Assembly: GCA_951406725.2 (NCBI GenBank)
Contig: OX597815.1
Span: forward strand, 41,664,001-41,728,000
Direction: 5' to 3'
DNA length: 64,000 nt
Source of the DNA: Octopus vulgaris
Taxonomy: Eukaryota
The first letter of the stretch is position 1, and the number at the start of each line of letters is the position of its first letter. This document shows positions 38,925 to 50,985 of the stretch, in pieces. The position numbers and the translations under genes are program-made. The notes below the pieces were generated by a model. The model saw only the letters and a list, made by a program, of their open reading frames with translations, had not been told where the DNA came from and searched no databases.

Positions 38925-39672
38925 TCATTAGACTACAGGGATGTAAACACACCCAACAACGGTTGTCAAGCAGTGGTAGAGACAAACACAAATTACATAC
39001 ATATATATATTCATACACACACACACAATGGGTTTCTTTCGGTTCCCATCTACCAACTCCACTCACAAGGTTTTGGTCGAACCAAAGCTATAGTAGAAGA
39101 CACTTGCTCAAGGTGCTATGCAGTGGGACTGAACCCAGAACCATGTGGTTGGAAAGCAAACATTTTACCACACAGCCATGCCTTTATCTGAATATAGAGA
39201 GTTAATAGGTACCCAATATAGTGTAAACAGAGTAAACAATGGAGAAAGTAAAAAAGTACAGTGGGATCATTGATAAGTAAACAGAACTTTAGATACAACA
39301 GCAGCAATGGTGTAGCCAACAATGAGAAGTAAGTAGCTTGCTTACCAACCTCATGGTTCTGGGTTCAGTCCCACTGCGTGGCACCTTGGGCAAGTGTCTT
39401 CTACTATAGCCTCGGGCCGACCAAAGCCTTGTGAGTGGATTTGGGAGACGGAAACTGAAAGAAGCCCGTCGCATATATATGTTTGTGTGTCTGTGTTTGT
39501 CCCCCAAACGACCGATGCTGGTGTGTTTACGTCCTTGTAACTTAGCGGTTCGGCATAAGAGACCGATATAAGTACTAGGCTTACAAAGAATAAGTCCTGG
39601 GATCGATTTGCTCGACTAAAGGCGGTGCTCCAGCATGGCCACAGTCAAATGACTGAAACAAGTAAAAGAGTA
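38925..39672. mobile_element. Divergent SINE A pair (- 38925-39183, + 39328-39672) in an EFL1 intron
   Basis: Oppositely oriented copies ~145 bp apart; a further + copy at 40075-40447. Confidence 0.8.
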
Positions 39673-40727
39673 AATGACAAATCTTTTACTGGAAGAAGTT
39701 GTTGTTGTCTGGCCTCAGGTCAGCTTTAACTGGACAAATCTATGATCAAAGAAGATCCACTGCTGGAAGCCAGCAGTGTTTAAAGAACAAACTATTTTAT
39801 GTAAAAGACAAGTTAAGGGCAGTTGAGTTGCAAAAGGAACTGAATATCACAATCATTCACTGATATATGCACGAGATGAAACAGTGCTTCCAGTTGTTAG
39901 AAAGTAATTATGATATAAGCAGAGAATTAGTTTATAAGAACTCTGGGTTTTGTAGATTAAACATTGAGATTCATGAGATGGAGATGCTATTATTCAAATT
40001 TACCAACACAAAGAAAAAAAAGCATTAAAACAATTAAATTCATAAACAAATAAAACTTTCAACAAAAAGTTAAAAGATGTGGGTGTGTGGTAAGAAGTTT
40101 GCTTCCCAACCACATGGTTCCAAGTTCAGTCCCACAGTATGGCCCTAGGCAACTTTCTTCTACTATAGCCTTGGGCTGATCAAAACCTTGCGAGTGGATT
40201 TGATAGAGTGAAACTGATAGAAGCCTGTTGTATATAAAAATATGTGTGTATAGTGTGTATTTGTCCTTCACCACTGCTTGACAACTGGTGTTGTTTTATT
40301 TACATCCCCATAGCAGTTTGGCAAAAGAGATTGATAGAATAAGTACTAGGCTTAAAATAAATACTGGAGTTGAGCCATTTGACTAAAAGACTTTCAGGCA
40401 GTGCCCCAGCATGGCCATAGTCCAATGACTGAAACAAACAAAAAGATATATATATATATCATTAATGCAATTCCAAGCCATATCCATGTGACACAATATT
40501 TGTCACACTGATATAGCTTGGACCTCACAATTACTTGTACAATCCATCCAATAGGCTCCCACAGCTTTTACCTCCCCAATTTTATTCACAAGACTTGGAT
40601 TAATCTGGGCTATGGTAAAGATACTCATACAAGATGCTTTATAATGGAATCAAACTCAAGATCTTATGGTTTTGAAGCAAACTTTTTAACCCATGGCTAC
40701 ATCTACAAGTAAACTATCTAAACTCAC

Positions 40728-40881
40728 CAAGAACATTTCCTGCAGGTACTTCATCCATAATTTCCAGCTCTCTTCCCATAAATAGATATAAATCTTGTAC
40801 TATAAATGACATGATGTGTTGACCACTTGAAAGTTCATTAACAGTAAGGTCAGAATTTTCAAGTAAAGTTGATTGTTCATT
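40728..40881 (-). CDS. EFL1: EFL1 exon (...LYLFMGRELEIMDEVPAGNVL), 154 nt
   Basis: ctctacag|AAT...CTTG|gtgagt. LYL.MGRELE..VPAGN motif. Confidence 0.93.
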
Positions 40882-43091
40882 CTGTAGAGAAATAGAAATT
40901 CAGAATGAAAATGAGGAGAAAGCAAAAGCAATAAACTACAATAACAAATTAAACAAACAATTCATATAACAGTATTATAAATTATTTACTTTAAACAAAA
41001 GTAAGAACAGCCATTCTACATGATAGTGAGACATGGGCCCTGAATGCAGAGGACATGCAAGGCTAGTATGCTCCCCTAGATGTGCAATATAAAATGTGCA
41101 TGTATGACAGAGTACTGGTGTGCTAAGAGAAAAGTTAGACACGAGAGGAATTATATGCAGTGTGTAAGAGAGAAGACTGCACTGGTTTGGTCAAGTGATG
41201 CATCATAAAGAAGTGCTGATTATTCAAAATGGATGGAACTAATGGAAGAGGAAGTCTCAGGAAGACATGGGACAAAGTATGACCTAAGGACACAAAGTTA
41301 TGAAAGAGATGACAAAAGACTTAGATATCTTGCACCTTATTGTACTCATGAAGACCCATCCTCCAGAGCAGAAGTGTTAGGGTTGCTCCCACTGCTGAAG
41401 ATTAACCTGCAAGAGCCATGTTGAAAGCATCCAGTACACTCTGTAAAATGGTTGGCATTAGGAAAGACAATTAGCCATAGAAACCAAGCCAAATCACACT
41501 GGAACCTGGTGCAGCTTACCTGCTTGCCAGCTCTGGTCAAACCATCCAATCCATGCCAGCATGGAAAACGAACATTAAAAGATGATGAATAATTTTAACA
41601 TCCACTTTTCAATGCTTGCATGGGTCAGATGGAGTTGAGGCTGGAAGGAAGGGCTTAATAGATTACACTGGCCCTATCACTTGACTGGTACTTTATTCAT
41701 CAGCTTCAAAAATAAATTAATGGCAAAATTGAATTAGGTGGGATTTCAGTTCAGAATGTGAAACACTAGAACATATACTGAAAGGCATTTTCTCTGACGC
41801 ACAAATGATTCTGCCAACCCAATACCTTTGTTCACTGTATTTATAACAACATTCATTACAACTAAACCAAAACTATATAAACACTAAGTAGTAATTAGTG
41901 TCACAATGAAAATCTAATTAAATTTAAGTAGAACGCTAGATTAAACTTAATAATCAATGTGTAAAGTGACTGACTGCTTACAAGATCAGCTTACGTTTTT
42001 GCCTCCTGTGGTTGGAAAATTAACAATCAGTACCATATGCATGAAACAAATTGAAGACCTGAAGTTGTAGCGCCTTGACCTCAAGCATGCTAAGGCCAGT
42101 GCCATGGGATTGGAAAGCATGAATAACATCACCACCAGAATCCATCATCTGGCTAACCCACAGCAGCATATTGGTTGAGATGACAGCCACCGAGTCTGGT
42201 TGCCAGATAGGGATTTTACTCACTATATGGATAGCGTACAAAAATCTAACATGTATGTTACAACTGGCTTATATACAATTGATTTACAACTAGACTACAG
42301 AATCCTCAGTTTCTTAACATTCTATGTAATTTGTTTAGAGCACAAAATATACTTATAGCTAATTCATTTATGTAATTACCAAAGAACTGACTTTTAATAT
42401 AGACAGTAATCTATTGATGATTACAGAACTCAGAACCAAAGTGAATAATATCATGAAGTCAGATGTGGATGTATGGTAAGTTTGCTTTCCAGCGACATAG
42501 TTCCAGGAAAGTGTCTTCTATTATACCCTGACGCCAACCAAAGCCTTTTGAGTGCATTCAGTAAATGGAAATTGAAAGAAGCTCATCATATATATATATG
42601 TTGTGTGTGCGCGCGTCACTGTCTTGATACTGGAAACTAAAAGAAGCCCCTGTGTGTGTGTGCGTACATGCACATGTTTGTGTTTGTTTACATCTGCATT
42701 TCTCTGAAAATCAGCAAGCTAGAAACAGTGATTTGCCACTCACGGAGTGGTTGGCGTTAGGAAGGGCATCCAGCTGTAGAAACATTGCCAGATAAGACCG
42801 GAGCCTGGTGCAGCCTTCTGGCTTCCCAGATCCCCGGTCGAACCGTCCAACCCATGCTAGCATGGAGAACGGACGTTAAACGATGATGATGATGATTATC
42901 TTGGCTGACTACATGAGATCCTTTGAAAAACAGATAAGAGCAACAATGCCTCAATATATTTATCTAACCTTTGCTAACATGGTTAAAATTGGGCATAAAA
43001 AATAAGCAGAACAAAAATTCAAATTACCTCAAGGGCTTACAAAGAGCCTAAACAGACTACTCTCGATAATAATGATTTTTTAAAAAGGAAC

Positions 43092-43481
43092 ATTTACATT
43101 CGATGAATATTTGTCCTCATCTTGTTTGTTGTTAACATGTTTCGGCTGATATACCCTCCAGCCTTCTTCAGGTGTCTTGGGGAAATTTCGAACCTGGGTT
43201 TTCATTCCTAAGGTATTTTTTGATATTATTATTAAGATCATTGCTTGGAATCGAACTCGGAATCTTGGGGTTAAGAGTGCAGGCTACAAGCCCCAAGATT
43301 CCGAGTTCGATTCCAAGCAGTGACCTGAACAACAACAACAACAATAATAATAACATCGAAAAATACCATAGGAATGAGAACCTAGGTTTGAAATTTCTCC
43401 AAGACACCTGAAGAAGGCTGGAGGGTATATCAGCCGAAAAGTGTTAACAACAAACAAGATAAGAACAAATATCTGTTGAAT
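43092..43481. mobile_element. Head-to-head inverted pair of a tRNA-headed element with Penelope-type hammerhead core (~390-bp palindrome)
   Basis: Arms 43092-43270 and 43291-43481 are reverse complements. Each has a B-box-like gagttcgattcc and gacac-CTGAAGA-a-ggctg..cagcc-GAAA (+ at 43403-43445; - at ~43133-43176). The right arm resumes at 43899-43953 after a SINE insertion. Confidence 0.75.
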
Positions 43482-43677
43482 ACTCTTTTACTTGTTTCAG
43501 TCATTTGACTGCGGCCATGCTGGAGCACCGCCTTTAGTCGGGCAAATTGACCCCGGGACTTATTCTTTGTAAGCCCAGTACTTATTCTATCAGTCTCTTT
43601 TGCCGAACCGCTAAGTGACAGGGACGTAAACACACCAGCATCGGTTGTCAAGCAATGCTAGGGGGACAAACACAGAC

Positions 43678-43728
<51 letters not shown>

Positions 43729-43898
43729 TATATACGACAGGCTTCTTTCAGTTTCCGTCTACCAAATCCACTCACAAGGCATTGGTCGGCCCGGGGCTAT
43801 AGCAGAAGACACTTGCCCAAGATGCCACGCAGTGGGACTGAACCCGGAACCATGTGGTTGTTTAGCAAGCTACTTACCACACAGCCACTCCTGCGCCT
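43482..43898 (-). mobile_element. SINE family A nested in the right arm of the palindromic element
   Basis: Near-consensus copy; host sequence gaat|gtaaat is split around it. Confidence 0.85.
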
Positions 43899-44023
43899 AT
43901 GTAAATAATATAAATAATGTACATAATTCCTCATCTCTTAAATCTAGAACTGTTTAAAAAAGTTAAGTAAAAAGGGCATGCAATTTTGATTTGATAAAAA
44001 GAAAGAAAAAGAAAAAAACTTAC

Positions 44024-44184
44024 TTGTAGAGCTTTTTCTGGGTCATGCTTTGGTCCAAGAACAAACACTTTACATCCTTTTCTCACTGTACCACTAAATA
44101 TACGTGCAAAGGCAACAAATACATGCTCGGATTGAGGTTCTACAGTTCCATTTAAATCAGTGTCATTATTAACAGGATCACCAG
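44024..44184 (-). CDS. EFL1: EFL1 exon (...HVFVAFARIFSGTVRKGCKVFVLGPKHDPEKALQ), 161 nt
   Basis: gttttag|CT...CAA|gtaagt. FARIFSG and VLGPK motifs. Confidence 0.93.
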
Positions 44185-44269
44185 CTAAAACAAAAAAAAA
44201 AATTACTAAATAAAATACAGAAATGACATAAAAATATGGACATTACAACAATCTGATGCAAGCATGGCG

Positions 44270-44536
44270 AGAACTTTGCTTTCCAACTACCTGATCCTGG
44301 GTTTGGTCCAACAGTTGTCGGAGCACTGCATCCTTCAAAACTTCCATGCTTCCTGAGATTCGCCAACACTACACTTGATTTTCTCCCCTCCATACACATA
44401 CAAGCATGTAACTGACTCATACATTGTTCGCTTTCCAGACATTTCTACATTACTGCATGTACTTTATATGCACTTTCTGACAAGTTGTGGTGCACCTGAG
44501 CACTGTATACAATAATTTCATTATTATTATTATTAT
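44270..44536 (+). mobile_element. 3' end of a LINE (CR1/L2-like) with (TTA)n tail
   Basis: ttgtggtgcacctgagcactgtatacaa stem-loop followed by taatttc(att)n. Confidence 0.55.
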
Positions 44537-44677
44537 AGTATGCCCAAGCTGATGAAAGTGACTTAGAAGTCAACGTCAACAACATTCTTGTATAAGAAAA
44601 ATAAATATTTTTTGTGATCAGTGAATTTACTTCACTGAAATTATATATGTTTGAAAGGTCTAGACAGGTATCTTCAA

Positions 44678-44755
44678 CCAGCTAGCAAGCCATGCTACTC
44701 CAGACTGATGACGAGCAAGACTCAGAAACATGTCTCTGGATGCAGGCTTAGCTGG
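44678..44755 (+). ncRNA. Type I hammerhead ribozyme motif
   Basis: tccaga-CTGATGA(44705-11)-cgag caaga ctca-GAAA(44725-28)-catgTC-tctgga. Stem I is extended by tgc/gca, agcc/ggct and ccagcta/tagctgg. Predicted cleavage after C44734. Confidence 0.8.
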
Positions 44756-46031
44756 ATGGGGGTGCTTGTCTCCCCCTTGAAACATAAGGGCACAGGTAAT
44801 GTATCAAGGCCGACGGTAAGCGTTGATGCTTCCTAGGGCTAAATAGCAGTGGTGTGATTCCCTTTATGGGACTGTCACGTTAAGTTGACAGTATACAACT
44901 GCTTTATCGTTCCACCACTGCTTATATCTCTCTGAGATGTTTAGAAATTTAAAAATAAATCCATACTCTACAAAAGTATAGAGCATTCTTGTATAAGAAA
45001 AATTCACTCTACAAAAGTTATAGAGTAACCCATCAGACGAATGTAAAATTTTCTTTATTATAACTGAATATAAAAACAAACAAACTGTATCTATGCATAT
45101 GTCTATGTGTCTTTCTGTTTGTAACCCACAAGTTTGACAACTAGGGTTGGTTATGTCCCCATAACATCCAAGTTCAGCAAAAGAGACAGAATAAGCACCA
45201 GGCTTTAAGAACTGGGATCAATTTATTAAACTAAAACCTTTCAAGGCAGTGCCTCAATATGGCTACTGACAAATGACTCACATAAGTAATAGATGATAGA
45301 GCCAGGTTTCAGGTTCAGTCCCACTACTTGGCACTTTGGGCAAGTGTCTTCTACTAAAGACCATAGACAAACAAAGCTTTGTGAATAGATATGGTAGATG
45401 TAAACTGGAAGAACTCCATCATGTGTGTGTGTGTGTATATATATGCATGTTATTGACTGTGTCTTTGCCTTAATATCACATGATAATTGCAAATGAGTTC
45501 CCTGCCATGTCCTTCGTTTCCAAACATTCATGAAAACTCATGTAATCACAGGGAAATGCTGATTTCAAACTTTTATGCCAGGCCAGCAATTTTAGGGGAG
45601 TGGGGAGGTCAATTACACCTCCCCCACCCCCTCTACTTATTTTATTGACCCCAAAAGGATGAAAAGCAAAGTCGACCACAACAGAATTTGAACTCAGAAT
45701 GTGAAGGCAGACGAAATACCACTAAGCATTTTGCCCAGTGTGCTAACGATCCTGCCAGCTTGCCACCATAATCACAGGGTAATATTATCTTACTAGGAAA
45801 CATGATGATGACAGGAAGAACATCTGGCTCACCAAATTCCATCCAACTCATGCAAGCATGTAGAAGATGTTAAAAATGATGACGACGATGTTTTTCTTTT
45901 ATTTCCAATGCTCACTTGTTTTAAATTGAACATAAAATTTTAACTGCAATGTGAAATTGACCCAATAAAGTACTTAATGGATTAAACTGAAGTTTCTTTA
46001 AAATAAAATAAATGCCATCAAACTGACTTAC

Positions 46032-46162
46032 GTAAATTTTCTTTGGATTTTTGCTTGTCTTCTGCATTCTCAGTATTTTCTGTGGCTTTTGCAGCTAACC
46101 TTTCTGCCCTCTTTTGTAAAGCAATTCTTCTTTTCTCTTGCATATCAGCTTCAGTCAAAGGC
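46032..46162 (-). CDS. EFL1: EFL1 exon (PLTEADMQEKRRIALQKRAERL...), domain II insertion, 131 nt
   Basis: tttacag|G...TTAC|gtaagt. RPLT..helical EFL1-specific insertion; open frame. Confidence 0.88.
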
Positions 46163-46736
46163 CTGTAAAATATACAGCAAATGTCACAGAGTCAACATAT
46201 AAATATATTGTAGGAGTAAAAAAAAAAAAACAACAACAACGGTTGAGGGGCTCATTTTTCTTCCTTACAATTAAAAATAGGCAGATATTGCAACTATCAC
46301 TGACATTTAGTGTATTTTCACATTTTTTGTATGTGGGAATTAATAGGGAGAAAAGGTAGAAGTGTTACTTTATTCCAAAGGAGGAATTGCAGAACTAGTA
46401 AGTAACCAAACTGATATTCTTATGATCCCTTACATTTCATCCCCACCTGAGTTGATAAAATAAGGTATCAGTAATGTACTAGAGAAAATACAAATGACTA
46501 CAATCTTTTGTAACAAATACGTGAGCTTGTGCCAAAGTAACTATATTCTAAATGCTTTTCTATAAGTCTTAGATTATCTCATGCAGATTTATTCTAAACG
46601 GTCTTCTATTCATGTATTGTAATTCTCTTCAGCTCATGTTACTGATATGCTCCAAATATTAGAAGCATTTTCATTTTCAGAACATTTAATATAGTGAAAC
46701 TGACACAAATATTTCCAGATTCCAAAATATAAGTAC

Positions 46737-46836
46737 CTTGCTTTATGCTGAGGAAGTGATTTTCTTTCAATTGCTACCATTTTTGAAACAAATATAATTA
46801 CTGGAGCATCTTCTGATGAACTGCAAGCCAGAAAAT
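46737..46836 (-). CDS. EFL1: EFL1 exon (FLACSSSEDAPVIIFVSKMVA...), 100 nt
   Basis: ttattag|AT...AAG|gtactt. Domain II start APVIIFVSKM. Confidence 0.92.
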
Positions 46837-47856
46837 CTAATAAATATGGAACAGAGTAAATATTACAAAATATTACAAAACACAAAGAGAAAAGAGTTAA
46901 CTCATACAGAAAAGAAAAATGACAACAGTGCACTATCACAATGGATCCAATAAGAAGCAATATTATTTTGTTAGGGAATGATTATTCTTCTATTCCAATA
47001 TCTTAGTTTCAGAACTAGTTCTGTCCTAGCCAATTAACAAGGAAATGTCAGTAAAATCATCATCATCATTTAACGTCTGTTTTCCATGCTGGCAATGGTT
47101 GAACAGTTTGACAGGAACTGGCAAGCTGAAGAGCTGCCCATGTCTGTTTTGGCATGGTTTCCATGGCTGGATGCCCTTCCTAACACCAATCACTTTAGAG
47201 TGTACTGGGTGCTTTTACACAGCCCTGGCATGGATGCATTTTATGTGGCACCAGCAGCTACGAGTCCTCAAAAGCAATCAACCATCAAAAGTATGGTTTT
47301 ACTTGAAATAAATTCAAGAAGCCCACATTGCAAGAGCCGCAGTCGTTTTTCTAGAAAAATTTCAATACCTTTTATTCAGGTCCCATTTTATACCACATTT
47401 TGACCAGTGTCACTGAAGTGTATTTTCTATCACTCTAAGTTCCATTACCTTTTAAATAAAGTTGTTATAGCTCAGAGGCAGAACAGAAAAATTTCAATTA
47501 CATTTTCAAAATTAGATGAATTTTGAAAGACCTCTAGACTATTCATAATGCTTGTAAGGCACTACATAATACCAAAATCAAAAGCTTTGGCACCATCTAG
47601 TGCCTTGAACAACTAAGGATAATTGTGATGATTTATTCAATGGCAGGGCTTAAAGTCTCTCTGCTTATGCCATAAATGGATGACAAACTTGACTGTACAG
47701 AATATATGGGTAATTAGTAAAAGAAAAACACCAAATAGACAACCTCCTGACAAGGCAGGTGAGAATAATAGAATAGTTAAGTAACATTCCATGATTCCTT
47801 ATTTAGAAAAAGAATAATTAAATGAAACAAGAAAGAATGATGATAAAATCTCATAC

Positions 47857-47979
47857 CATTTCTTAAATCTTGGCTCTTCTGTGGAAGTGATTCAAAACCA
47901 CGGGAGTTGCTGGACATGAGTTTCTCAATGCGAGCTTTTGACATATTTGTTGGAGCAGGGATTTTCTTTGCTACCATTG
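47857..47979 (-). CDS. EFL1: EFL1 exon (MVAKKIPAP...QDLRN), 123 nt
   Basis: ttttgtag|CA...AATG|gtatga. Phase-compatible. Confidence 0.9.
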
Positions 47980-48118
47980 CTACAAAAAGAAAATATAAAC
48001 ATCAAGACATTAAAAAAAAGGTTCCATGTTAAAAAATATATTTCCTTTTTGGTTGGTTTGTTTTTGTGCATGCTATTTCTCAAAGCAATATTTATAGACT
48101 TTATATGAAATAGAGAAA

Positions 48119-48196
48119 GGTTGTTCTGGTAAGACTAAAGTATGGTAAGACTAAAGGTTGTTCTGGTAAGATTAAAGTATGGTAAGACTAAACTAA
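48119..48196. repeat. Local tandem duplication (~37-bp unit built from tggtaagactaaa sub-repeats)
   Basis: ggttgttctggtaagactaaagtatggtaagactaaa twice. Confidence 0.8.
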
Positions 48197-48998
48197 AAAT
48201 ATAACAAATAATGTTTGAAGTCATACAAAAGGAAATTTTTAACGTAGTAATAATAGCTATGATGATAATCTTACTAACTAGTGTCTACTAAATTATTAAT
48301 ATAAACTCCTCTATCCCAAGCGTCATGGAGCTGCAGAGAGAATTGTCTAGCAATCAACAGTATACAAAACTAGTTCAAGCACTTGAATTTACATAAATTA
48401 GTAAAACTTAGGAGAAACTATCAATTGACAATGTGCTGCTACCTCGTTAAAAGCACTGGTGCCACATAAAAAATAACCAGTACACTCTGTGGAGTGGTTG
48501 GAGCAAGGAAGGGCATCCAGCTGTAGAACCCATGCCAAAACAGACAATAGAGTCTAGTGTAGCCCCTGGCCTTGCCAGCTCTGGTCAAACCGTCCAACCA
48601 GCATGGAAAACAGGTGTTAAACGATGATGATGATGATAAATAGTAATCTATCACCAGAAATAAGCAGCTAGCATCAAATGCATCTTTCCTTTTCATTACA
48701 GTAGCAATATTCTGTTGCAATATAGGTGTTATTTCATTTTGGAACCAAGTCCCAAGAAAATAGAATGGCATCTTGTAACAAAGTGGTTGTCTGTCTGGTT
48801 AATGTGTCGTGTCATATATCTAAATGATGATGCATGTTGAACCGATTGGAACTTTACATTTCCTTCCCTGTTAATATTATTGTTACTATTAATAATCAGA
48901 AAGTTTCAATATTTCTGACCTCTTTCACAGAGTTCTGTTGTTAAACCTTTCCAAACGCAATATGCACTATCAAATTCTCCACACAATGTATTCATACC

Positions 48999-49229
48999 TA
49001 TTTCTTTATTACCCACAAGGGGCTAAACACAGAGGGAACAAACAAGGACAAACATAGGTATTAAGTCGATTACATCGACCCCAGTTCGTAACTGGTACTT
49101 AATTTATCGACCCCGAAAGGATGAAAGGCAAAGTCGACCTCGGCGGAATTTGAACTCACAACGTAACGCAGACGAAATACCGCTAAGCATTTCGCCCGGC
49201 GTGCTAACGTTTCTGCCAGCTCGCCGCCT
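48999..49229 (-). mobile_element. tRNA-headed SINE family B, young copy
   Basis: B box gagttcaaattcc, core gcctttcatcctttcggggtcgataa, CpGs retained, perfect 12-bp TSD tgtattcatacc (48987-98 / 49230-41). Older copies at ~15790, 18070, 25190, 28055, 32620, 37670, 45560, 52000. Confidence 0.85.
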
Positions 49230-49700
49230 TGTATTCATACCATCATATGCCAATATGTCCATACACCATAGCAGATAGAGTTGCATAGCATGTTCCACAC
49301 AAATTATCACAGTAAACAAATCCACTAACACTAATGCTTTGTCTTGACCAACACTGCATAACAAAAATGTTCCCCAATTTCTCTATAATAAAAACAAAAT
49401 TTTGCTTTCTCTCTACAACTCCTACGTAAAACATTACATGCATTTCTTCATATTGACAACCATCTTCCTGTGGAGAAACTTGCTTGCCCATGTTCTAGTC
49501 AAAAACTAACTTCTGACCAACTTTCCAAATATTGTATTATTTATCTTAATAAACAACCTGTCCAATTTGTTAAAAAAAAAAAAACCTGATCAAAATGCAG
49601 CAGCAAATCTTTGTTTCATAGAGGAGATCTGCTGCTTCTTTTTGACCAAACACGAAGCAGAGTTCCCTTTGTTACAGTCTATAGAAATTTTGTGAAAATA

Positions 49701-50985
49701 CTGGGTCATCCCATAAATAATGCAGTTTTTTTTACAAATCTTTTATTTTTCAAAATTAAGATAGAGTTCTTTTTCAATCTAAAATATACTCTCCTTCATT
49801 TTCTACAATGCTCTTCCATCTATCTGGTACACTTGCAAGACCCCTCTTCCAAAATTCACTTGTCCCTAATGAAAAATACTCCTCCAGTACTGTTCTGACC
49901 TCATCTAGAGAATTCATATTTTTTCTGTCCAAATAATTTTGAAGACAGCAGAATAAATGATAATCAGATGGAGCAATGTCTGGCAAATTGGTGGGTGGGG
50001 CATCGTTTCCCATTCAAAATTCTCCAGCCTTTGGAATGTCATCCTCACTGTATGTGGTCAAGCATAATCCTGATGGAAGAACACCCGTCGTCTTGAAACC
50101 AAAGATGGTTGTTTTCCTTCTAGTGCTGACTTAAGCCACTCAAGATGCTAAGAGTAAATCTCCTTTGTTATCATTTGGTTTGGGTTTAAAAGTTCAAAAT
50201 GGACTAAACTTTTCATATCCCACCAAACAGATAACACCACCTTATGTGGGTGAAGATCTTTTTTAGCCTAGAATGCCAGTGTTTCTCCTTTCCCTACCAA
50301 CTGTCTTCAGCACTTGAAATTTTTATAGAGACCCCATTTCTTGTTACAAGTCATTATTTGGTTCCAAAAAATTTCATTTGTGAGACGTGACAGCAAAGAA
50401 GAGCACACATTCACTCTCTGCATGCAGTTAGTCTCAGAAAGTTTGTGAGGAACCCATTGACCCAATTTGCTAACTTTTCTGATGGCACACAGGTGTCAAT
50501 GAATGGTTGAATGACCAAATCCAAGCTTCTCTACTAGTACCTCAATAGTTACGATGGGATTTTGTTCCAATAGGGTTTGCAGGACATCCACATTGAACTC
50601 TACAGATCTTCCAGGACAAGGCCCGCCTTCTAAGCTGTAGTTTCTGGCATGGAATTTCTTGAACCACCATTGACACTGGCTTACGCTTATTGTCTGATCC
50701 CCATATACTGCATTAATTTTCCTAGCACTTTCCATTGCGTTGTTGCCTTTGTTGAACTCATAAAGCAAAATATGCTGAATATGCTCCTTTGTCACTTCCA
50801 TTATAGCTTTGAAAAAACAACTGTTAAAAATTGAACTGCATTCTACAAAACTTGCACTAAGAGTAAGGTCAAAGTAAAATTACTACCTGCTTTTATAGCA
50901 AGTTGATGCAGGTGGTTTATCCTGTCACTCTCCGACTTTTAGTTCATGCAATTGAAAAAACAGCATTATTTATGGGATGACCCAA
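49701..50985 (-). mobile_element. Full-length decayed mariner transposon (transposase pseudogene)
   Basis: TA-flanked TIRs ctgggtcatcccataaataatgc / gcattatttatgggatgacccaa; ~1.29 kb. Broken ORFs MEVTKEHIQHILLYEF (HTH) and PDIAPSDYHLF. Confidence 0.92.

Noticed and set aside
43168-43411. Mirror-image 79-aa ORFs on both strands
   Set aside because: Artefact of the palindrome.
44549-44580. CTGATGA followed by a gactt/aagtc hairpin just upstream of the hammerhead cassette
   Set aside because: No GAAA and no stem I pairing; at most a dead remnant.
44811-44850. taagcgttgat, tagggc and taaatag recall conserved pieces of the pistol ribozyme
   Set aside because: The order is wrong, and there is no P1 hairpin loop complementary to the segment before GCG, so the pseudoknot cannot form.
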